DNA of 64,000 nucleotides from Microbotryum violaceum (lineage: Eukaryota), in assembly GCA_001244265.2 (NCBI GenBank), contig LN717261.1, positions 3,053,591 to 3,117,590 of the forward strand, written 5' to 3'. How positions within the stretch are numbered: position 1 is the stretch's first letter; each line of letters opens with the position of its first letter. The notes beneath the pieces are model-generated. The model did no database searches, was not told where the DNA came from, and saw nothing but the letters and a program-made list of their open reading frames with translations. The translations under genes were made by a program, and so were the position numbers. This document shows positions 37,029 through 48,857 of the stretch, one piece after another.

Positions 37029-37524
37029 CTAGTCGGATTGACACTCTGTACTATTGTCTCCGCCGAAGAGAGCATGGCAGGCAGCTAGAGAGTCATTGTT
37101 TTGTTAGCCATTCGCTGGAGTGTACCCGCAGTGATGAGCTGGGAGCACTGTTTCAGGACAGATGTATGGGTCAGGGGAGGGGGTGCTCTCGTCATTGGAA
37201 TTCCACACAAACAATCATTGGCTAAGCTGCGGAATGCTACGATGCAGAACGCTCTCGTGTGCTGATGTTGGCGCTTGAGTATTGGAAGCCCGTGACTCGC
37301 GTGACCCGGCCCGTGATGACTTGCAAATTCACCGTCTAGAGCGTGCGCTCCACTCTGCGACAGAGCGACCAAAGGAGTGAAAATACAATCAGTCAATGAG
37401 TGGAGTCTGTCGGAGCCTGTGCACCGGATAGACTTACAAAGCAGCCCCTGGCTCAAGCGAGATCTTCGGCCCCCTAAACAATTGTCAAATTGGTTCGAAA
37501 TGGACGTCGGCTCGCCGCTCGGGC

Positions 37525-37716
37525 TCAAACGATGGCGCATTGTGGCAGGGTGTAGGTCGCCTTGGGGTAGGCGGCAACGACACATTGGGGAAGAGTGTAT
37601 GTGGCTTTAGGGTATGCCGCGACGACGCACTGGGGAAGGGTGTAGGTGGCTTTGGGGTAAGCAGCAGTCGTTGTGACAGGGGCTTCGGCGGTGAGCGAGA
37701 ATTGAACAGGGGCCAT
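37525..37716 (-). CDS. Lipopeptide mating-pheromone precursor with three tandem CAAX-terminated repeats
   Basis: MAPVQFSLTAEAPVTTTAA-YPKATYTLPQC-VVAA-YPKATYTLPQC-VVAA-YPKATYTLPQC-AIV*; the repeat cores differ only at synonymous positions; same layout as rhodotorucine A (RHA) precursors. Confidence 0.88.
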   Translation of the reverse strand: MAPVQFSLTAEAPVTTTAAYPKATYTLPQCVVAAYPKATYTLPQCVVAAYPKATYTLPQCAIV

Positions 37717-38138
37717 TGAGATGTTAGTATTGAGGCTGGAGGTGTAGAAGGAGTGTCGAAATGACTTGAGCAGAGAGAATGGAATGGATTGGATTGGAAG
37801 AGAGGAACAGAAGAGCACACCTCGAAGACGGCGAAATCTTGTAGCGCAGCCGACCGGCCTTCCCTTTCAGACGCGCGGCGTGCCCCATTATCGTTCGCGC
37901 GCGTCAAAGAAGAAAGGGGAGATCAGGCGCGCGAGCAGTGTCTCGCGGAAGGAGGCCTGTGGCACGGCGAAGTAGAGCTAAGTCAAGCTTGCGCTCCTCA
38001 ATGCTCATGTATCTGTGCGAATGGGACAAAGACAACACTATAATGGGAACTTTGTTCCGGCTTGCCTTGGCGAGGACACGACTCGTATTATGCCCTGGAC
38101 CATTGCCTACCTATAGTGCCTATTTGAGTTCAACTTAG

Positions 38139-38553
38139 TGTAAGGCAGGTTTTCTTCTTTCTTATAGAAACTGTTCATCATATTGCCCCCAATTTCGTTC
38201 CCTTTGATCGGCCTGCGGAAGAACTAGATGGAAGTCGACGATGGTCACACAAACCGCCCGCGAGATGCGAGATACGGGCGGTTCTCACCCCGATACTTGG
38301 GCCACGAGTGCCGAGTGCCCCAGCCAAGCAGTTGCCCCCCCCCCCCCCCCCCCCCCGCCCCCCTCCCTCCCTCCCAAGAGACAGGAGACGAACGAGAGAG
38401 AGAAGGAGAGAGAAGGAGAAAGAGAAAGGAAAAGTGAGCAATGTACTAACGACAGGAGGCCCACCCCGCACCCACCTCCCAACTCGGTCGAGACAAAGAC
38501 TGGAGAACGACTGCGCAACCCCCCTGACCAGCGTAAGTCTATGCTCAGTCACA
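38139..38553. mobile_element. Possible solo LTR
   Basis: TGTAA...TCACA termini with poly-C and GA-rich tracts; flanking pentamers differ (CTTAG/GCGAG). Confidence 0.3.
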
Positions 38554-39135
38554 GCGAGACGCACTCATATTCCCACCTAGGGAGTCCCAGGCTCCTCAAC
38601 GCCGACTTCATGTTTGTATCTGCTGATCCCTCCCTTGACTCAGAACCCCGAAGCCAAAGAGGCCACCGTCGAGTCAACGCCAATTCACGAGCCGCTCCAT
38701 GAGGGGGGCGATCGAGCCCAGCCGTTACTGCACTCTCCCGCCCCTTGCTCCTCCTGCCCTCAAGTACCATGTTAGAAACAATAATCAGGTGAAGGACGGT
38801 ACAACCATCTATTCCTGACAAGGGGCGTCTTGCGACGCAATCGGCGGTGACACGATTGAAGACGGCCACTACTCGACACTGTATGTAACGCTTCTTTGAC
38901 CTAACCAAGCTCAAGGCGAAGTTCAGCGGACAGGAAGGGGCGGGCAGGACGATTGAGATTTTCACGGGGATGGTCTTGGAGATTGGAGACGATCCGCAGT
39001 GGGCAAATGGAGGATGCAAAAGCACGGGACGAGGTTGGAGAGCGTAAAGAGGAGGTGGGTGGTATCAGAGAGGAGATGAGGAAGTTGGGATTGAGCCCAA
39101 CGTCGTGTCAATCGTTCCTCTGGTAACTCAACGTG

Positions 39136-42100
39136 CCTACTTTACTAGTTTCCATACCCGTTTCCTTAAAAATATCTTAAGCTAACTTAAACTATCCTTA
39201 GAACTATATTACTACCTCTATATATATAAAAAGGTCGATCCGCGACCATGTACCTAAAATCGCTATTTTTGACTGTGTTGCGGCCCTCTGGGCCGCCTAT
39301 AGTGAATGCACCAGTACAGTATTGGGTCTGCCGCACCTGCCTGTATTATTGGCGTCCCGACCAGAAGTCATGTACGACCTTTTTCGCATTTTCTGCACCA
39401 TAAAAGTCGAGCTACAGCCCGAGGAAAATTTTTGTTGATTTTTGGCAGGGTGCGCAACTATTGAGCAGTTTGTGTGGGATTTAATGCATAGCAAGCGCGT
39501 GGGTTTGCATGACACTTCTTCTACAGAGCTCAGAGGTTGTCCCGCTGTCTTTGCGGGCGCGGCTTACGGATGCGCCGTCAATCACGTGATGTGTATTGTT
39601 TACAACGCGACACCGGTTTTAGGGGCTGAACAACAACAGGATCTTCCAGGGGCTGTAAATAGTCCCGCGATACTCTCTCTAATTCTTTCCTTTCCCTCCC
39701 ACTCACCGAATTTTTGTGACAACCGCGCCGAGTCTGGCGCGAGGATAGCGTACCGCCGTGCCATGGGAGACCATGGGCCTGCTCGAGCTTACTCGAGCGC
39801 CTGCTGCTTGGCCCGCTGCTCGACTCTCCTCTTTGTCCCGCTCCGATCAACAGAATCAGCTCCCCGCGCACAATGACAACCACTCGACCGATCTTGGTAT
39901 TACGACCCGTATAAGCGTCCGCCGTACAGCTTTGTAGAACGGACGGCGTGGTCAGCGCGAGGGCCCGATGGCCGATCCGACGCTGAGCTCGCCCCACCAC
40001 CACCTCTTCCTGCGCAGAGGCAAGTGCGCAGGCCTCGAATCGCGCTCAAACCCCTCAAGCCCCACGTTTCGATCCGCGATGGCCTCGGCCCGCAGACGGC
40101 CGTGTGCACCCACTGCAAGGCTCGGCACTGGGAGTGCGAAAGGTCCAAGTCGACCAGACACTTCAGCGCGTGCTGCTCGCAAGGCAAGGTGCGGCTACCT
40201 CGCCCTCCCCAGCCCAATCTCGAGTATCGGCAGCTTCTTCAAGGCTCGGATAGCGGTCAGTTGCTCCGTCCAACAACGTTCGTCTGCAGTAGACCCACAT
40301 GCTGAACTGTTCTACCCACCCACACAGAAGCTAAAGCATTCCGCGAGAATGCCCGGTCGTACAACAACTTGAACGCGCTGTCTTCACTTCGCTCGCTGCC
40401 CACTTTGACCAGACTCGACTAGGCACTCAAGGACCCCGCATGTTTCGGATATTTCGACGCCTTTACCATCGACTCGGCGCCTCTCAGCGCCCTGATTCCT
40501 GCCGTCAATCAGCGCCCAACCTTTGCCAAAACATGGCTCATATGCCCGGCCGAGGCCACCGACACTCAACTTGGACCCGACGGCGCAGACAGTCGCATAC
40601 AAAGATCTACTTTGACCAAGCTCGATTCTACGTTGCGTACCGGCAATCGCTTGGTGAGGGAACTTGCATCAACCAAAGCTCGCGCAGGTTAGGCCAAAGA
40701 GTGGGTCCTGCGCCTCTGCCTACCACCTTGCCGAGACCGACGCACCCACAACCTTCCTACGTCGAGCACCGAAATGGCGATGCTTATCTGGAATTCCGAC
40801 ACCAACACGGGAGATCGTGGACCTCAAGACCTTATTCTCCAGGTGCACGGTGATCGATGTCCCAATGGTCGGCCCAAGTACCAAATCGTTAGCTCGCTCC
40901 ATCCGTCTGCGATGCCTCTCCGTTACCCACTACTCTTCCCCGCAGAGGAAGATAGCTTTCACCTCAACATTCCTCTTTGCGCGTTCAACCAATTTGGGCC
41001 ACTCTTTACCAAAAGACCGCGACGAGGAGGAAGGGGACGCAGAGAATGGTGATGGTGAACGTAAGCCCTTTCGGCTCTTTCTCTGATGTTCCATTCTGCC
41101 GAAGGCGCAAGCACAGACTGACATTGAACTTTTGAACACCTAGGACGAAGGTCAAGTAAAGGGGTCGAGGTGGCGAGTCTCGCGTTCACAATTCTTTGCG
41201 CACTACTTGCCAAACGCGACGAGCACTTCTCAATCCCGCATTGCACCCAACGTGCCTTCCTGGCGTTCGTGATGACGGATACGCCCAGGTCGAGACCGAT
41301 CGACTCAACTTACCTCCAGTTGGATCAAGGAAAACCTCCGCCTCACCACGGGCCAAGGCATCATCAGCTTGACCCCGGATCAAGTTGGATGTTCGGTGAT
41401 TTTGGGCTCAACGTTCAAGAATAGACCGCGCGAGAGCACGCAGCGTTAACAAGATGATATGACGCGTGCGTCGTAAAATATGGAAAGCCTTCGTTGTTCA
41501 TCACGGTGACGTGCCACCCCGAATGGCCTGAAATCAAGGCTGCACTGGGACCGAACGACCAAGCATGCAACCGACCGGAACTCATTGCACGAGCGTTTGA
41601 AGCCAAGTTGAACCGACTCTGCGACAACGACGTTTTTGGCAACAAGCAACGGGCAGGCTGTTTGGCCGATGAATGGAGAACTGTTTCTTTGCTGTACTTC
41701 GTAGTGTGCTTATTTAACCTCTGTTGAAATCATGTAGACTGTTCAATTGTGCTGCTATTTGAATTTCACCCTCCCGTTAATTTAACGGGTTCCCACTGGT
41801 AATAAAAAACCCCTTAAAACTATCCTTAAAACTAGATAATAAAAACCGTCCTGAGACAAAGACAAACCACGTGGTGTGACGTCGTAGGCAGCTCTCGGTG
41901 CAGCGTCCCAGCTAGCTAGCGCTGTTTCAGACCGTTTCGCCTACGTTCGCCGAGTTCCATTGAATAGCACGTGACTCTCTGTGTCCCGAAGCAGACTCTT
42001 TTGCGTGTCTACCACGTCGACGTCAAAGAACGTCAGAGAACGGGAGACAAACCACGTGGCGACTGACCGTTTCGTCCACGTTCGTCGAGGTTCCATTTTC

Positions 42101-43782
42101 CATCAAAGCAGCCTGGCACATGACCCTCTGCTTCGGGCTTCACTCCACGGCGTTCCGCGGCCTTCCGCGAAATTCTATGAGTCCGGTATAAACTGAGGCG
42201 CAGGCTTCTCCATCTTTCTCCCTCCTGCTCTTCACATCTTACCCAACGCACCTCATCCCATCGCCACCTCGAGCGCGCGACATCCGAAGCGGTCGTCGTG
42301 GAAGGTCTGCAACGAATACGGGATCAAGAAATGGCTGCCACATGAAGAATAGCTACGAATTCGAGTAAGTAACTTCATGGACTGTGCTCTTGGTGTGGGA
42401 GTGTTCAGAAGCTTACGGAAAACTATCGAGCAGAAATTCCCTTCAACACGTCCTCTTTGAATGTCAACCCTCGAGTTGTTTCTTTACCGTCAGCTGGTGA
42501 CACTGCATGCGTGAGTTATCCCTTGACATGACTGTGCAGTCTTGGATATGACGGAAAAACTGATACGAAAAACAGACATTGAAAGTCAGTGAAACAGCGG
42601 AAGGATTGATTTCGTACGGTTGAGAATCCGGGTCATCGGCACACCAAATGTGAGTCTTCACTGCCATTGCTACAGATGGACAACAGCAAGAATACTGATA
42701 GTTGTAACGAATCACGCAAGAAAACAGGCTCTGGTCGCGTGACTTGCGGCTCACCATCCCGTGGCAGATCCTCAACGGCTCGGTTCGGTGGAGTGACCGT
42801 CGTGTAGGCAGGTATGTGCCAATCTTTCAAAAGCAAGGCGCAGCTTGGGCAGCATGACTGACTGGCCGGTTGGACTGTAACATCACAGGGGATCCGAAGC
42901 AATGCCTTCCCGTTATTCCCAAGTCATCGCCTGCACAAATCGTCGATGCTCGCATCATGAATGCTGACTTCTGCGGGGTTCTCTCTGTAAGTAGTAGTCC
43001 TGGCCTGACCTTTAGACCCTATACTAACAACGGCACGGTGCGAGCGCAGACCAACAATGCGTCTTCTGGCTTCTGGCCGCTGCAGACCGCATGACCGAAA
43101 CTGAACAGGCAAAGGCACAGCGCTTTGCAGATTGGCTCTTCGGAGTTGGAGACGGGTCGGCGAACGAAACAGAAGACTATCGCGTTCCCACATGAGCTTT
43201 TCCTGCCGGCGACCACAAGGAACAGCTCCGAGTTGATCAGACACGTATATCCCGTCCCCGCGCTCAAACTGGACAATATGTCAATGGGAAAAAAAGTCGA
43301 ATACTTCCGAGAGCGAGCAAAACTGATGCCCAAAAAATTCGCAGGTGGATCACATCAACCACATGGTGCTCGACCTGCTGCCGGGTGACGCTCAAACCTT
43401 CTACAGCGCGGATTTGGACGCCTTTGTCGCGGTGGATGTCGCCGCACAGTCACCGATTGCACTGCGTCCACTGCCGGAGGATCAACTTCGTCCAATGCAT
43501 CCACCGCCTGTGAACGCTGCGATCTCTCGAAGGTCTTAAGGTCAGCAAAGACGTCGTCAACGGGAAAGGCTTGAGCGAGAGCGTTCCGTTCCGGTCCCGC
43601 ACATTTTTCTGCCCGACCCTCCCCTTTGCCAAATCACGACGAATCAGTCCACCTCCAGGAGATCAGGGCAAAATGAATGTGCATAGATGAAAGCAGCATA
43701 GAACCGTAGCCATCTGCAATAAAGTAACAGAACTGCTGATTCTCAATGTGAGGTGGCGCGCGGAGCGCGCCGCCGAACCTAG
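39136..43782 (+). mobile_element. Older Helitron (different family) hosting a nested Helitron; Pif1 remnants
   Basis: Pif1 fragments [20 protein letters not shown] and [15 protein letters not shown] at 42780-43430; 3' hairpin GGCGCGC-gga-GCGCGCC then CTAG|T at 43782. The AT-rich 5' tandem motif is continuous across 39208/41800. Confidence 0.7.
39209..41799 (+). mobile_element. Complete non-autonomous Helitron (deleted subfamily) inserted between A and T
   Basis: A|TTACTACCTC start; Rep N-terminal region homologous to 26320-28281; hairpin and CTGG|T end. Confidence 0.88.
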
Positions 43783-43785
43783 TTA

Positions 43786-44305
43786 TTACTACCTCCATAA
43801 AAATAAAAAGGTGAGTTAAGGAATGTACCTAAAATCGCTGTTTTTAACGAGGTTGCGGCCTGGAGGGCCGCCTGTGGTGGATGTACCAGCATACTGTTGT
43901 GTCTGCCGCACCTGCCTGTGGTGTTGGGGTTCCGATCAGAAGTCATGTACAAGCCCTATGTTGACTTTTGTATTTTCCGCGCCGTTCCAACGAAGCTACA
44001 GCGCTCCCAGTATTTTCTTTCTTTTCTTCGCTGACATAAAACAATGCTTCCACTCATATGGTATTTAATGAACCGCAAGCGCGTGGCTTTGCACGATACT
44101 GCTCCTACAGCAGAGCTCTGCCTGACGCGCAAGGCGAGGGCTGGCGTCTGTCACGTGATGCGGTGCGCCGGCGGTGGAGTGTCATTCCGGCATTCGACCA
44201 GCGGCATTAGGGGCTGAACAACAAATCAAACCACGTAAATAATCCTGCGCCACTCCCTCGAACCTTTCCTTTCTCCCTCCCACTCTCATCCAATTTTAGT
44301 GACAC
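43786..44305 (+). mobile_element. Helitron 5'-end fragment
   Basis: A|TTACTACCTC start; colinear with 39209-39720. Confidence 0.75.
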
Positions 44306-44309
44306 TCAT

Positions 44310-45146
44310 TCAAGAACAAACCTTCGCTACTATGCCCCGGTCCCAAGGTCGCCAGGGACTCAGGGTGGCGTGCGAGGTGCTCGCGCAGGACTTGCACGCC
44401 GGGGCGACGGGGCAATCCTTACGGACGTGAGCCGCGGAACGGCAGAAGACGCAGTTGCGCATGCCACCGGTGATCCTCAGTGGGATTCGCTCGGTGAGAC
44501 CGTCACGAGCAATAGAAAGTGAGGCAGGGGGCAAAACATCTACATCCTTAAGGGCAAGGATAAAGCCGTACACCCCAGAGATGTGTTTCGTCTTTCCAAT
44601 GTATTGGATGCGACGACGGAGGACCGTGCCATAGGCAGCGATCTGCTCATCGAATAGGCAGAGGCCCTCGGGGTCGGAGAAAAAGCCCGTAAGGGTGCAT
44701 TGTACAACACCTCCTCTAGTAGAGCTGTAAAGCTTCTCGACTTTGCACAGAGTCTTGCCAACAGTGAGGCCGTTGGCCACCAGGGTGTCGAGATCGGCGG
44801 CCTTGGGAAAGCGGAGGCCGCGCTGACCCTTGATGACGCATGGCATTGCGCCGGTAAGGCCAGGGTAGTATTTGTCAAGCGCGAGGAGGACTTGCTCGAC
44901 CGAGGTTGAGGGTGGGGTGTTGATGATGACACAATTCTCGATGTTGTGCATCAGTGGATGGGCGGCGACGGCAGTCGAGGCGTTGGCGGTGGCGTTTCCG
45001 TGCTTCGCAGCGGAGCGGGCGCCGACCGCGGCGGAGTATGATTTGGTGGTGGTGGCGGGGGCTTGGCCGGGGGGATCGGGAGGGTCAGGGCGAAGAGGTG
45101 GTATAGCAGCATGGCTGGCGTTGTTGGTGTTGTTTCTGTTGTCCAT
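44310..45146 (-). pseudogene. Non-LTR retrotransposon (LINE) ORF1 / gag-like protein, 3'-truncated
   Basis: PDPPDPP and SYSAAV N-terminus; CCHC knuckle CVFCRSAAHVRKDC and a partial second knuckle CKSCASTSH; no ORF2 follows. Confidence 0.65.
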
Positions 45147-45408
45147 CCAATAGGAGTTTCGACGGCACTGGTGGATTGAAAAAGATGAGACTCCTTTCCT
45201 TTAATAAAACGAGCGGGCACGAATTCCAGGCGAAGCTAATCGCCCTTCCTTGGGCCCCCCATTAGAGTGCACAGAGTAAAAAATAAGTCGGTGGCAGAAC
45301 CAGAGGATTAATAGGCTCAATACAACCAAGCAATTGTTGCATACTCCTGAGCCGTATGGGGTAACTGCGTTGGGTAAGCCCTCAACGACGCTCGGCGTGC
45401 GCCATTAT

Positions 45409-45560
45409 TAGGGGCCACTTTGATAGTTTTTCATAGCTAACTATCCCAACTATAGTTATTTAACTAACTATTGGGTCATAGTTGATAGTTAGATAGTTAT
45501 GGCTGGAAGGTGGGATTTTACACATAGTCAACTAGCTAACTATGGAGCAACTAAGCTTAA
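45409..45560. repeat. Probable TIR-transposon terminus (hAT-like TAGGGG start) with many ATAGTT/AACTAT subterminal motifs
   Basis: About 10 copies of the motif in both orientations; no partner end found. Confidence 0.4.
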
Positions 45561-46802
45561 GCGTAGCCTCGCCGCCTGCTCGGCAAGGTCTGCCAACCCG
45601 GTGACTCGTCAAAAGGCCACGAGTGCGTCTCTAGAGACGACGACAGCCTCGTTTGAAAAGAGGTGAGCAAGTAGTACGTGGGCTGGAGCCAGCGTCTTCA
45701 CACGGCCACGCATGCGACCCTGCCAGGCTCAACCAGATGCATGATCTCAAGGACCTGGCTCCTCGATGCGGAGAGTAGAAGAATCAATTTGGATTGTGGA
45801 TTGTCAAATATAAGGGAAGACATAGGATACAACATGAAGTCGGAATCGAGCGCGGGTCGAGCAATGATGATGGCGCAGAGGAAAAGCTTCGCAACCACGG
45901 CCCAACCACCGCAATCGATCGCTTGCAACCTGGACTGAACAAAGCCAACGTATACAGTGTCAGCATCATGCGTCAAAGTTAACGATTCAAATCGTATGAG
46001 TTCCCTTTCTCCTTCATCAGTAAAGAACGGGGGGTGACGATGAGCTCAGTTTAAACTAGCTGATTCGAACGTTTCTCAACAGGCCACCTTCCCCCCCAAA
46101 AGGAGGAAGGTGTTCGTGATGTCCCTATCAAGGCATGATTGTCGTCATAGCTCGGCGTATAACTGGGTTTGGATGAGTGACTTACCGTGTGGGATGTGGG
46201 TGGATGGGAGGAGAGAGGGGCGGTCGCTTTCGTTTCTTCGTCGAGCCAGCCGTCGATTTTACTGGTCGAAACGGATCTGCGAGAGAAACCCGTGATGGGG
46301 ACGATTGGCTATGTCCTAACTTTTGGGGTAGGAATCCTTTGCTTCAAAATTCTCGTGGTGCTTATTGAAGCCGGAAATTACGGAAACGAAATTCCAACAG
46401 GCCGCACGCCGGCTGCGGGCTATGGGAGCTGGAGGAACTGCGAGATTAGCTTAATGGTTAAAACACCTACTTCACGTAGGGGCTAGTAGCCCGCTCATGG
46501 AAATATGCTGGCTCAGCGTGCTGTCCTCCGGGACTTCTGACCCGGAACCGCTTGGCCTCTGTGCACATAGTTGAGCGTTGTAGGTTGTCGATTGGGCCCC
46601 CTCGACCCCACAGCAGAGCCTGGCCGGCGGTCGCCACCGAGAGGACAAGGGGTCAACTCTCCAAAGCCGCTTGCACAGTGATTTTAGCGAGAGGTGATGT
46701 CATGTTGCAGCGGGGCTCGAGAAACCGAAAGGGACCGTGTCGTAACTAACAACTTGGTCACTATTGAAATGTATCAAAGTGAGAAAGAGACATTAGAGTG
46801 TA

Positions 46803-48851
46803 CCAGTGGGAACCCGTTAAATTAACGGGAGTATCAAATTCAAAAAAAAAGCAGGATAATCGAACAGTCTACATGATCTCAGCGCAGAGGTTAAGAATAT
46901 ACAATACGAAATACAGCAAAGAAACGAAATACATTCATTCTACATTCATCGCCGAAACAGCCTGCATGTCGCTTGTTGCCGGACTTGGCTTCAAACAATT
47001 GTGCAGTGAGATCCGGACGGTTGCCCGCTTTGTCATTCGGTCCCAGTGCAGCCATGATCTCCGGTGATTCGGGGTCGTACGTCATCGTGATGAGCAGCGG
47101 AGGCTTTCCATGTTTGACAGCGCACGTCATCGCATCCTGGTCTCGCTGCGTGATGTCGCAATTTGGTTCGGGGTCAAGCCGTTGAAGCCTTGGGTCGTGG
47201 TGAGGCGTAGGTTCTCTTGATGCAACCGGATGTGTTGAGTCAATCGGTCTTGACTTGGGAGTACATCCGTAAATCACAAACTCCAGGAAGGGACGTTGGT
47301 TGCAATGCGGAATTGAGAAGTAATCGTCGCGTTTGGCAAGTAGTGCGCAAAGAATTGTGAACGCGATACTCACCACCTCGACCCGTTTGCTTGACCTTCG
47401 TCCTAGGTGTTCAAAAGTTCAATGTCAGTCTGTGCTTGCGCCTTAGACAGAATGGAGCCTCAGGGAAAGAGCCGAAGACGCGTACGTTCGCCATCACCAT
47501 CCTCTTCGTCCCCTTCCTCGCCGTCTTCATCCTCATTGTCGCGGTCTTCGTCCTCCTGTTCGTCTTCGTCATCCAGACCAAGACCGGCAAGTACCTCGCG
47601 CAATTGGACACCATTGTCGATCTGCTCTCGGTTTCTGGCGATTGGCGGCCCGGCTTGGTCGAACCCGCAAAGAGGAATGTTGGGGTGGAAGCCATCTTCC
47701 CCTGCAGGAAAAAGTAGTGGGTAACGGAGAGGCATCACGGACGGATGGAGCGAGCTAACGACTTGGTACTTGGGCCGACCATCGGGACATCGATCACCGT
47801 GCACCTGGAGAATAAGGTCTTGACGTCCACGATCTCCCGTGTTGGTGTCGGAATCGCAGATAAGCATCGCCATTTCCGTGCTCGACGTAGGAAGGTTGTG
47901 GGTGCGTCGGTCTCGGCCTGGTGGTAGGCAGAGGCGCAGGACCCACTCTTTGGCCGTATCCCAACCCGCGCGGGCTTTGGCCGATGCGAACTCACTCACA
48001 AAGCGATTGCCGGTGCGCAACATGGACTCGAGCTTGGTCAAAGTAGATCGTTGCATGTGACTGTCTGCGCTGTCGGGTCCTTGAAGTCGTGTGTCGGTGG
48101 CCTCGGCCGGGTCGATCAGCCATGTCTGGGCAAAGGCTGGGCGTTGATTCACGGCAGGGATCAGGGCACCGAGTCGATGATAGAGGCGGCCAAACACGCG
48201 AAACACGGGGGGTCCTAGCGTGCCCACTTGAGTTTGGTCCCAGAGGGCAGCGAGCGAAGTGAACGACAACGCGTTGTTGTACGACCGGGCATTCTCGCGG
48301 AATGCTTTAGCTTCTGTGTGGGTGGGTAGAACAGTTCAGCATGTGGGTCTACTGCAGACGAACGTTGTTGGACGGAGCAACTGACCGCTATCCGAGCCTT
48401 GAAGAAGCTGCCGATACTCGAGATTGGGCTGGGGAGGGCGAGGTAGCCGCACCTTGCCTTGCGAGCAGCACGCGCTGAAGTGTCTGGTCGACTTGGACCT
48501 TTCGCACTCCCAGTGCCGAGCCTTGCAGTGGGTGCACACGGCCGTCTGGGGGCCGAGGTCGTCGCGGATCGAAACGTGGGCTTGAGGGGTTTCAGCGCGA
48601 TTCGAGCCCGGCGCACTCGCCTTTGCGGAGGAGGTGGTGGTGGGGCGAGCCCAGCGTCGAGTTGGCCATCGCGCTGACCACGCTGTCCGTTCTGCACAGC
48701 TGCACGGCGGGCTCGTATACGTGTCGCAATGCCAAGATCGGTTGAATTGTTGTCATGACGCGCCGGGGTCTGATTCTGTTGATCGGAGCGGGACGAAGAG
48801 GAGGGTCGAGCCGCGGGGCGCCCAGCAGCGGGCGCTCGAGCAGGCCCATGG
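46803..48851 (-). mobile_element. Non-autonomous (chimeric) Helitron, 5'-truncated
   Basis: Hairpin and CTGG|T at 46803; 46803-47650 resembles 31668-32680, while 47650-48851 is near-identical to about 27075-28281. Confidence 0.9.
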
Positions 48852-48857
48852 TAGGAG

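Noticed and set aside
37525-37818. 97-aa version of the pheromone ORF
   Set aside because: It uses a non-ATG start; ATG at 37716 gives the plausible 63-aa precursor.
38020-38210. HMG-box/pheromone-response elements (ACAAAGA, ATCAAAGGGA) upstream of the pheromone gene
   Set aside because: Short motifs expected by chance, and the best one falls in a probable solo LTR.
45560-46800. Coding potential in this interval
   Set aside because: Short ORFs without recognisable domains; probably decayed TE interior, left unassigned.
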